NCBI RefSeq assembly: GCF_004010195.1
Contig: NC_057718.1
Location: 5,526,701-5,579,557 of the forward strand
Direction of reading: 5' to 3'
Source of the DNA: Chiloscyllium plagiosum
Lineage: Eukaryota
DNA length: 52,857 nucleotides
In this document: one piece after another, positions 1 to 11,462 of the stretch
Layout of the letters: each line of letters begins with the position of its first letter
Numbering within the stretch: position 1 is the stretch's first letter
Made by a program: the position numbers and the translations under genes
The notes under the pieces: model-generated
Database searches by the model: none
What the model was told of the DNA's origin: nothing
The model's input: the letters and a program-made list of their open reading frames with translations, nothing else

Positions 1-715
1 CTTTGCCATCAACTACTACCTTCTGTCTTCTTCCATCCAGCCAATTCCTAGTCCAAACCTCCAACTCACCCTCAATGCCATATCTCTGTATTTTCTGCAG
101 TAGCCTACCATGGGGAACCTTCTCAAACGCCTTACTAAAATCCATATATACCACATCTACCGCTTTCCCCTCATCAACCTCCTTCGTCACCTTTTCAAAG
201 AATTCAATAAGGTTTGTGAGGCACGACTTGCCCTTCACAAAACCATGCTGACTATCCTTGATCATATTATTCCTATCCAGATGTTCATAAATCCTATCCC
301 TTACAATTCTCTCTAAGACTTTGCCCACAACAGAAGTGAGACTCATCGGCCTATAGTTACTAGGGTTATCCCTACTCCCCTTTTTGAACAAGGGAACCAC
401 ATTTGCTATCCTCCAGTCTACTGGCATTATTCCTGTAGACAACGAGGACATAAAAATTAAGGCCAATGGCTCTGCAATCTCCTTCCTTGCTTCCCAGAGA
501 ATCCTAGGATAAATGCCATCAGGCCCAGGGGACTTATCTATTTTCACCCTTTACAGAATTTCCAACACCTCTTCTCTACATACCTCAAAGCCATCCATTC
601 TACTTAACTGTGACTCAGTATTCACATCGGCAACAATGTCCTGTTCCTGATTGAATACTTTTCGTCAGTATTCATTCATTGTCTCCCCAATCTCTTCAGC
701 CTCCACACGCAAATG
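1..715 (-). mobile_element. CR1-clade LINE ORF2 fragment (RT domain)
   Basis: Minus strand of 1-250 translates to HGFVKGKSCLTNLIEFFEKVTKEVDEGKAVDVVYMDFSKAF, the typical CR1 RT motif; truncated by the window edge. Confidence 0.9.
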
Positions 716-1049
716 TCACAGCCTCCACACGTTGATGTCACTGTGTAGTTTTATCAGTGACTCCTTGCCGTGGGTCCAGAGGAAGAAAATGGCATCAATA
801 TACCTGGTGTACAATGTCGGGTGGAGATCCTGCATAGAGAAGAAATCTTGTTCGAACCTGTGCATAAACATGTTGGCATATTGGGGTGCAAATTTGGTCC
901 CCATGGCTGTTCCGTGTGTCTGGATGAAGAATTGGTTGTCAAAGGTGAAGACATTATGATTGAGGATAAAACGGTTGAGTTGTAGGATGGTGTTTGGAGA
1001 CTGGCAGTTGTTGGTGACGAGTACTGAGGCTGTTGCTGCGATGCCATCG
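716..1049 (-). mobile_element. Penelope-like element RT fragment, inverted relative to the adjacent copy
   Basis: ORF 716..1099 contains QTHGTAMGTKFAPQYAN...YTRYIDAIF (PLE RT motifs GxAMG and RYIDD-like). Confidence 0.9.
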
Positions 1050-2063
1050 CCACCACCAAAATGGACCTGTTGGTTCTGGCAGCAGACAGAGGAGTTCATC
1101 AGACGAATGAGACTCCGGGAATTCTTTCAAGGTGCCAGCAGTGATCCCACTGAGCCCACTGATGAACTGGAACAGTCATCACAGGGATCTGTAGAGGAGC
1201 GACCAAAGAAGGTGTCAACATGGACCCCACCGGAGGGCTGCTGCCCTGGGATTGACATGTATGCTCAAACTGTCAGGAAATATATAAATGCCAGATTCAT
1301 ACCCACAAGGTAGAGCAAAACATCACCCGCTCACAACGTAATGCCATCCAGGCTCTCAAAACCAATCACAACATTGTCATCAAAGCAGCAGATAAAGGAG
1401 GAGCCGTTGTCATTCAGAATAGAACAGATTACTGCAAGGAAGTGTACCGACAACTGAACAACCAGGAACACTACAGGCAACTACCAGCTGATCCGACCAA
1501 AGAACATATCCGAGAATTAAACACACTGATCAGAACTTTGGATCCAGTCCTACAGAGCTCCCTACGCGCCCTCATCCCACGTACTTCTCGTGTAGGTGAT
1601 TTCTACTGCCTTCCAAAGGTACACAAAGCCAACACACCGGGACCCTATGTGAGAATCTCTCCGGCTATGTAGAAGGCATCTTGAAACCTGTTGTACAGGG
1701 GATCTGCAGCTTCTGTCGCGACACTACAGATTTCTTGCAGAAACTCAGCACCCATGGACCAGTCAAACCGGGAACACTCCTCGTCACAATGGACGTTTCC
1801 GCACTCTACACCAGCATCTCCCACAATGATGGCATCGCGGCAACAGCCTCAGTACTCAACACCAACAACTGCCAATCTCCAAACACCATCCTACAACTCA
1901 TCTGCTTTATCCTCGATCATAACGTCTTCACCTTTGACAACCAATTCTTCATCCAGACACACGGAACAGCCATGGGGACCAAATTTGCACCCCAATATGC
2001 CAACATTTTTATGCACAGGTTCGAACAAGATTTCTTCTCTATGCAGGATCTCCAACCAACATT
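1050..2063 (+). mobile_element. Penelope-like element ORF fragment (N-terminal region and RT), disrupted
   Basis: FIRRMRLREFF, IVIKAADKGGAVV, FYCLPKVHK, LLVTMDVSALYTSI and GTAMGTKFAPQYA in successive frames, with stops and frameshifts; ends at an N gap. Confidence 0.92.
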
Positions 2064-2076
2064 NNNNNNNNNNNNN
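2064..2076. other. assembly gap (13 N)
   Basis: Run of N; the flanks belong to different elements (PLE left, CR1 right), so contiguity across it is uncertain. Confidence 0.99.
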
Positions 2077-3270
2077 CTTGTCAAAGGCAGTATTAAAGTC
2101 CATGTAGACAACGTCTGCCACTCTGCCCTCATCAATCTTTTTGATTACATACTCAAAACAACTCAATCAAGTTCATGAGACACAATTTCCCATCAACAAA
2201 GCCTCACTGACAATTCCAAATCAGTCCTTGTCTCTCCAAATGCACGTAAATCCTAACTCTTGGAATCCCCTCCAACAACTTACCCATCACTGACATCAGA
2301 CTCACTGATTAATAGTTCCCAGGCTTCTCCTTAGAGCCTTTTAAAAATAAAGACACACCATTAGCCACCCTCCAGTCCTTCAGCCTCTCAAGTGTGGCTA
2401 TAGCTGATGCAAATATATCTGCTAGGGGCCACACAGTTTCTTCCCCAACTTTCCACAATGTCCTGGGATACACTTGATCAAGTCCCAGAGATTTATCCAC
2501 CTTTATCTTTTTTAAGATCTCCAGTACCTCCTCTTCTGTGATGTTGTCTGTTTTCAAGATATCAATACTGATTTCCCTGAGTTGCCTAGCCTCCCTATCT
2601 TTCTCCACATTAAAAACTGATGTGAAATATTTATTTTGTATTTCTCCCATCTCTTGTAGTTCCACACATTGATGACCTCATTGATTTAAAGTGGCTCTAT
2701 TCTCTTCCCAGTTGCTCTTTGCTCTTTTGGATTCTCCTTAATCTAATCTGCCAAGACCATCTCGAACTCCATTTTTTGCCCTCCTGATTTCCCACTTAAG
2801 AATGTCCTTACTCCCCTTATACACTGCAAGAGAATAATTTGATCTCAGTTGTTTATACCTAACATACCTCCTTCCTATTTTTGGCCAGAGTCTCAATATT
2901 TTTATCCATTGTTCCTGACTCTTACTAGCCTTACCCTTTCCTCTAAGTCAGACATATAAGGTAACGCCTCTGAACTCTTATTATCTCACTTTTGAAAGCC
3001 TCCCACTTACCAGCCATTCTTTTACCTGCGAAAGACTATTTGTGTCGTGCCTTCAAAATTTGCCTTAATCCAATTAAGAAATTTAATTTTTATATAAGGC
3101 CTATCCTTTTCCATAACTATTTTAAAACTAATAGAATTATGATTATTAGTCCCAAAGAGCTTCCCCAATAACACTCCAATCTGCCTTATTTCTCAAGAGG
3201 TCAGGTTTACTCCTTGCCTAGTATGACGTCTTCATCTTGATAAAGAAAACTTTCTTGAACACATTTAACA
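2077..3270 (-). mobile_element. CR1-clade LINE ORF2 fragment (endonuclease end to RT start), decayed
   Basis: ORF 2309..2665 KIKVDKSLGLDQVYPRTLW...DWRVANGVSLFLKGSKEKPGNY; VDEG-like and DVVYMDF motif near 2080-2130. Confidence 0.88.
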
Positions 3271-3274
3271 AGTT

Positions 3275-3547
3275 CCTCACGTATGGAGTCAGCTATTATG
3301 AGGGGGCATAGCTTTAAATTAAGGGGTGGTCGGTATAGGACAGATGTTAGGGGTAGATTCTTTACTCAGCGTGTCGTGAGTTCATGGAATGCCCTGCCAG
3401 TAGCAGTGGTGGACTCTCCCTCATTATGGGCATTTAAGCGGGCATTGGATAGGCATATGGAGGATAGTGGGCTAGTGTAGGTTAGGTGGGCTTGGATCGG
3501 CGCAACATCGAGGGCCGAAGGGCCTGTACTGCGCTGTATTCTTCTAC
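3275..3547 (+). mobile_element. CR1 LINE 3' end (young subfamily)
   Basis: RGHSFKL...RFFTQRVVSSWNALP...FKRALD C-terminus plus 3' tail; very similar to 42226-42616. Confidence 0.9.
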
Positions 3548-4076
3548 ACACACACACACTTTCTCATACTCACAACCCCCACCCCAGACAGACACATACA
3601 CAGACAGACAAAGACCCACATGAACACATTTTATGTGGTGACTTTTTTTGTACTTGCAGAGTTTAATTGCACTTTGCTCAAAAACTGCATACATTCACGT
3701 AGAACTCTGAGCTCAAAAACTGCATGAATTTATGTAAAACTCTGTTATTTCACTTTTTAGATTAGATTCAATCTAAACATCAGGTTATAGACAGAGAACA
3801 CAGGGGGCTAACACCTTCAACATATTGTCTAGCTATCACCATTGTTAACAGCTAACCCGAGAATGCAACTTTAAAAAAAAAGGATATTGTGATTTACACA
3901 TGAAAGAAGTGAAACTATCACTGTATTCTAACAGATGAAAGGCTTAACAGACAATCAATTCTTCAATGTATAATTACAGTTACATCACACTGCAAATTTT
4001 TGCTATAAATCTTTGTTACGATCGAGCCCTCCACAATCACCCTGATGAAGGAGCGCCAATACCGGCATCTCCGAAT
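3548..4076 (+). mobile_element. Penelope-like 3' region (CA-rich) with internally deleted family-A terminal repeat
   Basis: Same layout as 29660-30286; ends cctgatgaaggagcg...accggcatctccgaat, the two ends of the family-A terminal repeat. Confidence 0.75.
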
Positions 4077-4704
4077 AGTGAGAAAAGCAGGAATCTTTAT
4101 ACTTAAAACTATTCACTCGCTATCAATTAATACTAGAGATTAGTCATCCATTAGACCAGTACATTGAATTATGATCTTGTTATTACTTCCAAGGTTTATC
4201 ATGTTGACTTCCCCAAACCTTGTGTCACGTATGTCATGCCATAATCTTGTCCTTGGTGGGGGCTCAGAGGATATTATGGAATATCTTATTTATGCTAAGG
4301 ATTTATGTGGAGTCAGCTAATCAAAGTCTGACAAGGTCTACCGAGGTTAAACTATTTACCAGGACTCAGCCTACATCAAGTCCTGCTGAGGTTAGCAATG
4401 CTTTGACCTTTGCTATAGTCTTGACCTGTATTGTGTTACAACTAGGAGTTGGCCAGTTTTCCCATCATGCAACTATCTGTTTCACACAATTCCACAGACC
4501 TGAGTGAGTGGATGTGGACCTTGGTTAAATGTCATATTTGAAAGATAAAGTTAAAACAGGCCTCAATGAGGATTATTTAACAAAAAGTTAATTGGCATTC
4601 TTTATGATACTGAGCGCTTAGAAAGATATTGTCACAATTTAATACAACACCAAATGAAGCCTGGTTGCTATCCTGGCTTTGGGAATAAATAGAAACAAAA
4701 TAAC

Positions 4705-5051
4705 ATAAGGTGAATAGACAAGGTCTTTTCCCCAGGGTAGGAGAGTCTAAAATTAGAAGTCATGGGTTTAAGGTGAGAGGGTAAAGTTTTAAAACAGACC
4801 TAAGGAGTAACATTTTCACACAGGGGGTGATGCATGTATGGAATGAACTGCCAGAGGAAGTGATAGAGGCTGTTATAATTATAATATTTAAAAGACATCT
4901 GGATGGGTACGTAAATAGGAATGGTTTAGAGGGATATGGACCAAATGCTGGCAAATGGGACTAGATTAATTTAGGATACCTAGTCGGCAAGGACAATTTG
5001 GACCTCAGGGTCTATTTCTGTGTTGTATATCTCTATGACCCTATGACTCTA
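4705..5051 (+). mobile_element. CR1 LINE 3' end
   Basis: WNELPEEV-coding segment and (ctatgact)-type tail repeat. Confidence 0.88.
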
Positions 5052-5257
5052 ATTACTTTTCTGTTTACCTAATAGTGGGTAAATTATTGTACATGAAGTG
5101 TGTAACTCATCTCTAAGAAAGAGGAATAACATAATATAAAACACATAATTTTAGGTGACTTCTTGAAAATTGAGATGTCATTGTGGTTAGTGGGTTGCTG
5201 TCTGTTGTCTCCATGCCAGAGGGCTGTAAATTTAACTCCAATTCCTGAGATTTGAGA

Positions 5258-5412
5258 ATGCTGCAAAAAACAAAGTGCTGGGGAAACTCAGCAGTTGTGA
5301 AGAGAAAAAAAGAGATAATGTTTCAGGTCCGGTGATCCTTGAAAGATCCCTGTTGAGTTCCTCTAGTACTTTCTGTTTTTGCTTCCTACCTCCAGCATCT
5401 GCATTCTTTGTT
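5258..5412. mobile_element. old, degenerate PLE terminal-repeat fold-back
   Basis: gcaaaaaacaaagtgctggggaaactcagcag pairs with ctgttgagttcctctagtactttctgtttttgc; followed by ccagcatctgca tail. Confidence 0.6.
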
Positions 5413-5436
5413 TTATTTGTGAACATAATCCTGGTT

Positions 5437-5635
5437 GACAGCCCAGCGCAGAACAAAGGAAGAACTGCACTTCTAGTGGTGCTGTCTTTTTAGATGAGAT
5501 GTTAAACCAATTCCATGTCTGTCCTCTCAGATAAAAGGCATCTATCTTGAAGAAGAGCAGAACAATTTTCTTCAAAGGATTAAAATGAGATTACCTGGTA
5601 ATTATTATACTATTACTTGCAGGAAATTGCTATGA
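5437..5635 (+). mobile_element. DeuSINE (SacSINE1/AmnSINE-like) fragment
   Basis: ggtgctgtctttttagatgagatgttaaacc...ctgtcctctcag resembles the Deu domain; similar to 13755-14100. Confidence 0.65.
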
Positions 5636-5804
5636 ATAATTTTTTTTATTCATTTATGGGATGTGCAGGATGACAGCTATAGCCCATCCCACATTGCTCT
5701 CGTGAAGGTAGTTGCAAGTTACCTTTTTGGAAGACAAACACTAAGTGCTCGAGAGACTTGGCATTTTCGGAACAATGTGTGGAGAGAGAAACAGAATTAA
5801 CATG

Positions 5805-6115
5805 GGGTGGCACGGTGGCTCAGTGGCTAGCACTGCTGCCTCACAGCACCAGAGACCTGGATTCACATCCCACCTCAGGTGACTGTCTGTGTGAAGTTTG
5901 CACATTCTCCCTGTGTCTGTGTGGGTTTCCTCGGGATGCTCTTGTTTCCTCCCACAATCCAAAGATGTGCAGGTTAGGTGAATTGGTCATGCTAAATTGT
6001 CTATAATGTGAGGTGTATTAGTTAGAGGGAAATGGATCTGGGTGAGTCACTGTTTGGAGAGTTGGTGCGGGCCTGTTGGGCCGAATGGCCTATTTCCACG
6101 TTGTCGATAATCTAA
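5805..6115 (+). mobile_element. HE1-type tRNA-derived V-SINE
   Basis: Box A TGGCTCAGTGG, box B-like GGATTCACATCC, central gtgggtttcctcgggatgctc...tcccacaatccaaaga, CR1-like tail. Confidence 0.88.
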
Positions 6116-6211
6116 TCCAAGTCCATTATGACTCCTTTTCAGCTTTTTATGTTTCTAGCTTTGTTTGAAAGAACTGATGTGTCAATGCCATTGTTCTGGC
6201 TTTGCATAAGG

Positions 6212-6370
6212 TCAGAAGTCACACAATGTCGGGTTATAGTCAAACTTCACCTGATGAAGGAGCAGCGCTCTGAAAGCTTGTGATTTCAAATAAATCTATT
6301 TGATTATAACCTGTTGTCGTGCGACTTCTGAGTTTGTCTACTCTGGTCCGACACTGGAACCGCCACATCA
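6212..6370 (+). mobile_element. family-A PLE terminal-repeat fold-back
   Basis: tcagaagtcacacaa...gttatagtcaaa is the inverted copy of tttgattataac...gtgcgacttctga. Confidence 0.75.
6247..6283 (+). ncRNA. minimal type-I hammerhead-ribozyme-like motif
   Basis: TCAC-CTGATGA-A-GGAGC agc GCTCT-GAAA-GCT-T-GTGA: core boxes, stem II, palindromic AGCT stem III, 4-bp stem I. Activity not shown. Confidence 0.65.
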
Positions 6371-6597
6371 CAACGGGATAAGGATAACATTCGTGAACCA
6401 GCTAGGTTTTAGTGATAATCTAAAAGTTTTAGATTAACGATAATACCAGCAATTTATTTCAATAATTTCAAACTCACTTTAATTAAATGAAAATTCTTCA
6501 GCTCCAGTGGGATTTTAATTCTTGCAGTGGTCATTAATAAAGGTTCTTGGATTACTCTTTCAGTAGCATAAACTCCGAGGTGGTACATTCCCTGCAA

Positions 6598-6701
6598 TAC
6601 AAAGAACTACAGCAAGTGCTAGAGAAACTCATTAGGCCTGGCAGCATCTGTGGAGAGAGAAAAACATAATTAACATTTCCAGTCCAACTCTTCTTCAGAA
6701 C
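6598..6701 (-). mobile_element. old PLE terminal-repeat fragment
   Basis: gtgctagagaaactca...ggcagcatctgtggagagaga; minus strand begins gttctgaagaaga (CUGAAGA box). Confidence 0.55.
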
Positions 6702-7603
6702 CTATATGACAATACTGACTACATTTCAAAATTCAGTTATTGGTTTGGAACACAATGGCATGCAGAAAAGTGCTATATAAATGCAAGTCCTTCTTTCTCC
6801 CAGCCTGTAAAGCATTCTATGATAACTCTCAGTTAGTGAACATGTAATTCTAAGGGAAATGCAATATGTTTTGCAGTCACATCAATGTAACCCATGGGTC
6901 AACTGCGCTTTGCTTTAATCTGATCTCCATCTGCTATGTAAGAAGAAATTAATTCATTTTCTTCGTAATTTGATCAGCAATGTGCCATTTTGCTAGTGAT
7001 TCACTGAGAACAGATCTCATGAATTTTATTTATCCCATGTTTTAAAATGCTACTGTGGCTGCTTTCCCTCAGTCTCTCGGGGTGCATTGGGCCTTCCCCT
7101 TTTATTGCTCAGCTTGTGGAGAACAAGATTTCTAATTTCCCTAAGGCACTCCCTTTCATTTCTGCCTCACATTCATCTGTTCCAGAAGCTCTGCAATTTT
7201 TCAATCTGCAAATGCTCAGAAATTGCAGAGTTTGGCTTTTCCCAAGGGGGCGGAATGTGTTCTGAGGAAAAAGACAGAATGAAAAAGGAGTTTAGGTCTA
7301 GAATCCACAATGTTCTGATTCAGTGCTAAAGTGCTGCCAACTGACAAGGACAGTATTGTGCCTGATATCAGTCCTGACATCACAAAATTGAGCTGGTGTG
7401 AAAATAGTCAAAGTTTGCATCTAAAATTTTGTTTTGCTGATTTGCTTTGATTAAATTAGTCAATCTTGTAACTCAATGAACAGAGAACCTGATTTAAGTG
7501 TTAGTTGGGGGTTAATGTACTGGACAGAACTGTGCTGTTCTGTTTCAAAACAGCACGCGGGAACTTTAGTGTCAAACTGAGAAGTCAAACAGTGCTGCAG
7601 TTT

Positions 7604-7805
7604 TAAAAATCACACAACACCAGGTTATAGTCCAACAGGTTTAATTGGAAGCACACTAGCTTNNNNNNNNNNNNNNNNNNNNNNNNNNNNNNNNNNNNNN
7701 NNNNNCGAAAGCTAGTGTGCTTCCAATTAAACCTGTTGGACTATAACCTGGTGTTGTGTGATTTTTAACTTTGTACACCCCAGTCCAACACCGGCATCTC
7801 CGAAT
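7604..7805 (+). mobile_element. family-A PLE terminal-repeat fold-back, centre in N gap (7663-7705)
   Basis: Perfect inverted arms either side of the Ns; 14-bp TSD cagtgctgcagttt at 7590-7603 and 7806-7819. Confidence 0.9.
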
Positions 7806-7819
7806 CAGTGCTGCAGTTT

Positions 7820-7970
7820 GATATTTCAACTGAAAAGCAGCATTTGCAACACAGCAGCACTCCCTCAAATAGGCACCAGAAATGCCAGCCTGGAATTTGC
7901 ACTCAGATTCCTGAAGTGGGGCTTAAACCCACAATCTACTAACTCAGGAGGTGAAAGAGCAACCCACTGG
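7820..7970 (-). mobile_element. DeuSINE fragment
   Basis: cagcagcactccctca is the reverse complement of the tgagggagtgctgc motif; tRNA-like head remnant near 7920-7970. Confidence 0.55.
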
Positions 7971-8308
7971 GTCGAGACTGACACCTGGTGGTCATTTGAG
8001 TGACTTCCCAGAAGACAATTGAATTCAAGGATAGTCCACTTAATTTCATTGCAATCTATTGTACAGAGGACTAGGTTATTTTACTGCAGCTAATTAACAT
8101 AGCAATGAGTTCTTGTACTCATGTACACAAGTCAGGATGATTTTCTCTCAAATCTTTATAATTAGCCGGAACTCACTAAAACTCATCAACAAATTCTTCC
8201 CTTTAGTTTATCAAATCTATCTATATCTGCAACGCAGATCAAAAGATCTTTGAGCAAACTTATTTTATATGCATGAGAGACCTGGAAGCTTTACCCAAAG
8301 TCTTCGTA

Positions 8309-8438
8309 ATTTCTGATAAAGGGCTTATGCCCGAAACATCAATTCTCCTGCTCCTTGGATGCTGCCTGACCTGCTGTGTTTTTCCAGCACCCTATCCTCG
8401 ACTCAGATCTCCAGCATCTGCATTCTTCACTTTCTCCT
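8309..8438 (+). mobile_element. solo family-B PLE terminal repeat
   Basis: Matches the terminus of the PLE at 20967-21097; 12-bp TSD aaagtcttcRta at 8297-8308 and 8439-8450. Confidence 0.88.
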
Positions 8439-9019
8439 AAAGTCTTCATACCCTCATCATCCACAACAAATGAGAAATCTGCAATAAATCTGTCACTTTC
8501 AAATGACACAGGATCCATTGTCTGATCTTACTTCCTACATCAATAAAACTATGCATTTAGATAACATCTTTAATGAGCAAAATGAGTAAATGAATAAAAT
8601 GTGTTTCTCAGCAGTATTTCCAGATGATATTTGATTCTGACTCACATGGGCAGAAAGTAGAGTAGATGATGACTAGCTTGGTCAAAGAAGGTAGATATTA
8701 TAAGGAGTGTCTGAAGTAAGGAGAGGAAGGTGGTGTGACTAAAACTAAAATTAGAATCCATGATGCACAAGAGATCAATAGTGGAGGAAGACCAAGATCT
8801 TGGAGGGTTGGTAATTGTTAGATATGGGGTGAGGTGGGGAGAGACCATGCAGGATTTTAAATAATATACTTTCTTAACCCCCTTTTTCAAGCAAATATTT
8901 AAGCGTATGTGGATTAATTATCAGGAAGGAGGGAGAAAGGAAACTGATGTATGGTGCAAGAGGGGAAGAATAGCGCTGGTATTGGGGTGGGGGAATAATG
9001 GACACAGTTGGTCAGTGGT

Positions 9020-9385
9020 GAAGCAGTTCAAGATGGTATTATTGCTAGACTATTAATCTAGAAACTCAGCTAATGTTCTGGAGACCCAGGTTCGTGCTAA
9101 AGCAAATTCATTGTTTAAAATTTGGGAATTAAGAATCTAGAACAACCAAGAAACCATTGCTGTTTGTTGGAAAAACCCACCTGATTCACTCATGTCGTTT
9201 TGTGAAGGAAATCTGCCATCCTTTCTTGGTCTTTCCTACATGTGGCTCCAGACCCACAGCAATGTAGTTAACTCTGAAATGCCCTCTGAAGTGGTCTAGC
9301 GAGCCACCCAATTCACAGGCAGCATGAGATGGGCAATAAATGCTGGCTAGCTTGTGATGCCCACCTCCCATGAGTAAGTAAAAAG
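9020..9385 (+). mobile_element. tRNA-derived SINE, family 2
   Basis: Shared body gaaggaaatctgccatcc...ctccagacccacagcaatg and tail gggcaataaatgctggc. Confidence 0.8.
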
Positions 9386-9785
9386 TAATTACCCTGAGGA
9401 GCACCTGCTGAGATATCCCAAAGCTGAGATGACTGAGCTCTGACAAACCACAACTACATTTCTATTCGGTATGACTCCAAACAGCTTTCCTCCTGATTCC
9501 ATTGTGAGAAGTGTCACTGGAAGGTGTTGATTTATGGAAAGCAACTAATCAGCATTAAATATTATAAATAGGCAGGATTGATCTTTTTGGACTATCATTA
9601 GGGGAGGGACAATGAAGTAGAATGATGTAAGATTGAAGGAGACAATTCTGTCCATTGTATTTGTGCTGGTTCTTTGAAAGAGCTATCCAACTTGTTTTAC
9701 TTCTTTCTTCTTCAAGTATTCATTTCAATTCCCTTTTGAGAAGTATAATTGAGACCGCTTCCATTGCCCTATTGATCAGCACTAA

Positions 9786-10537
9786 CGTTATGAAGTTGAA
9801 GGCATGTACTGTAACTTTAAGAGAGAGTGAATGCTGTTTTGCACTGAGAGCTTACAAGCGCCTGTCATATGGCTAACTAGCAGTCTCAGAGTGTACTGGA
9901 AAATTGAAAATATGTAACATTTGGCTGTGAAATAGATACCTGAGTTGTTTTGACAACAATTCGAATCTAATCAATTAGTTTAAATTATGCCCCAGGATAC
10001 TAAAACCCAATCGAGTTTGAATTTATTGTTTTTGCCAATATCGAACCAATGAAACTTTCTGATATTTGGGGCATCAAGAAGCATAGATTTTGAAAGTCAG
10101 AAGAATAAACTGCCATCAAGAAAGACTGCCATTCAAAACACTCTATCAAAGGTACCTTTGTCATATGAAACATCTTTGCCGTAAAAGAAAGAAGATGACC
10201 CAGGGAGATCTTTAGCCAAAAGAAGGACATTAGAGACGATAGCTGTTGCATGGTTTTGAAATTAAGTTGATGTAATTTTAATAAGTTATTTTTATTGGAA
10301 CCATATATTGTTATATAATTGGAGGCAGATAATAAGCAGTTAAGAGAAAAGGGACTTAGAGTTGTAAATACTTGTTTAATATTCACATTTAGAGTTAAAG
10401 AATAAAATGATTTTTTTTCTTTAAATAGTGGAGTTTGGGAGTTCTTTTCACTCATATTTTAACAGATTATGAGGCGAGGTAAGATTTTCTGAGTGTTTGA
10501 TTTAATTAACAGAAGGGTTCACCGTTGTGTGCTAACA
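9786..10537 (+). mobile_element. solo LTR, probably Gypsy-type
   Basis: Ends (C/T)GTTA...TAACA, 4-bp TSD ctaa at 9782-9785 and 10538-10541, AATAAA near 10401, 752 bp. Confidence 0.7.
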
Positions 10538-11462
10538 CTAATAAATGACAGACAGGGCATATTGTACCCAGTCTGTTGGGGTGGGGGCGCGGGGATGGGT
10601 TTGATTGATTCTCTTGTCACATTCTGAATGAAACCCAGAAAGATCAAACAGGTTGGAACTCTTCTCTTCAGGAAAAGAGGGACTGAGGATAACCAGGTAG
10701 AGGTAATTCATTTGAGGAAAGGATTTGATTGAGTGTGAAGGAGACCAAAACAAGAAGCTACAAACAGGACACAGACATGAATAAGTCCATTAAAGAAGAA
10801 GAAATCAATTCACCCAGAATGTGGTGAGAATGTGGGACACACTACCACAGGGTGTGTTTGCAATAAATAGTGTGGATACATTTAAAAGGAAACTACATTA
10901 ACATACTGGGGAAGAAAGAGTGGAAAAATTAGTTGATACAGTAAGATAAAGAAGATTGAGCCAAAAGGTTTGCTTGTGTGGTGTAAATACAATTGAATAG
11001 AACCACGTCGATCCCAAAATAGCTTTCAAAATCAATGTCAGTCTACTCAGTTGATTGTCTGTGCTTGTGTGTCCATGGGATGTATTAGTTGTGAAATACA
11101 GTTCTGGTTGCAAGCTGGTGCATTCTAATCCTCAAGGATATAAAGCATCTAACTGAGTCAGAAGAGAGAGCTTAGAAATATTTCTTTCTTATTATTAAAC
11201 ATTAAAGTACAAAAATGCCTGAATGAGTGAATAGTTGCACTGAGTTCTTATGTGGAAGCAACAGTGAGCTCAACTCTAGCTAGCTCAATCTATTACATCA
11301 TTGTACTGTAATGGTCAAGGTCTGACTCAATGAAGGGCGGGCAACTTTCCTCTGTTGTTCTGCCCTCGGGATTGGATTGGGCTTAAATGAGGCCCAAGTC
11401 AATCTCTTGCGTACGAACTCTGTGAACTAGCCTATGAATATTGAGTCACAAATGTCTTTTAA

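Noticed and set aside
3275..3547. Long-range inverted repeat with 42226-42616 as element termini
   Set aside because: Both are ordinary 3' ends of one young CR1 subfamily with different truncation points.
10000..10455. 151-aa minus-strand ORF
   Set aside because: Lies antisense within the putative solo LTR; low-complexity L/F/S/K composition and no motif.
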